Shown: positions 63,721-64,000 of the stretch, in pieces
How positions within the stretch are numbered: position 1 is the stretch's first letter
Layout of the letters: the number at the start of each line of letters is the position of its first letter
From: Lepidodermella squamata
Lineage: Eukaryota > Animalia > Gastrotricha
Assembly: GCA_047495785.1 (NCBI GenBank)
Contig: JBLDXI010000019.1
Location: 868,001 to 932,000, forward strand
Length of the DNA stretch: 64,000 nt
Reading direction: 5' to 3'
Position numbers and translations under genes: made by a program
The notes under the pieces: generated by a model
What the model saw: the letters and a program-made list of their open reading frames with translations, nothing else
What the model was told of the DNA's origin: nothing
Database searches by the model: none

Positions 63721-64000
63721 AGGACTGTCATTTCCTTTGACAGGGTGCTGCGCTACGATCTGATTGCTAGAGGTGGCGACAATTTTGAAATTCGTCGCCC
63801 TCATACCGATGCTAGCTTGTTAAAATTTCGCCGTCGGCAGCAAATGAATCTGCAATTTCGTTCAGCTCGGCTGCCACAGCTGCCTGCTAGTATTGGCGAG
63901 CCACCGGCGAAAAAGCCACAGAACCCCACCTTAACTGACGCGCCTTCAGTCGAGTTTGGCGTCCAGGAACCTCAGCCAAACATGTTAAGCGATTTCCTCT

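Overview
Gene-dense animal (invertebrate) genomic DNA with many ~50-60 nt GT-AG introns; the phylum cannot be determined from this window. Left to right: (1) a large secreted MAM/Sushi mosaic gene on the minus strand (ATG 10320, runs off the left edge), built from a ~3.2 kb super-repeat of four variants of an unrecognised domain; (2) a palindromic MITE; (3) a tightly spaced plus-strand run of alanine aminotransferase, C12orf4/FERRY3, CCT8, dystrophin and two tandem intronless GT15 (KRE2/MNT1-type) mannosyltransferases; (4) a convergent Cys-loop ion channel gene; (5) a TE-rich right third with a hAT MITE, a P-type foldback element, a Gypsy pol and an OB-fold pseudogene carrying a P-type footprint. 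The most striking signal is in the 2.3 kb third intron of CCT8. It holds a co-oriented chimera, antisense to the host gene, of a Penelope-like 5' end with a decayed hammerhead ribozyme, a toti-like dsRNA virus RdRp (motifs A-E readable across frameshifts) and a LINE RT fragment. Dystrophin also carries a 16-bp tandem duplication that frameshifts the EF-hand/ZZ exon. All calls come from manual reading and motif recognition; no database searches were run.
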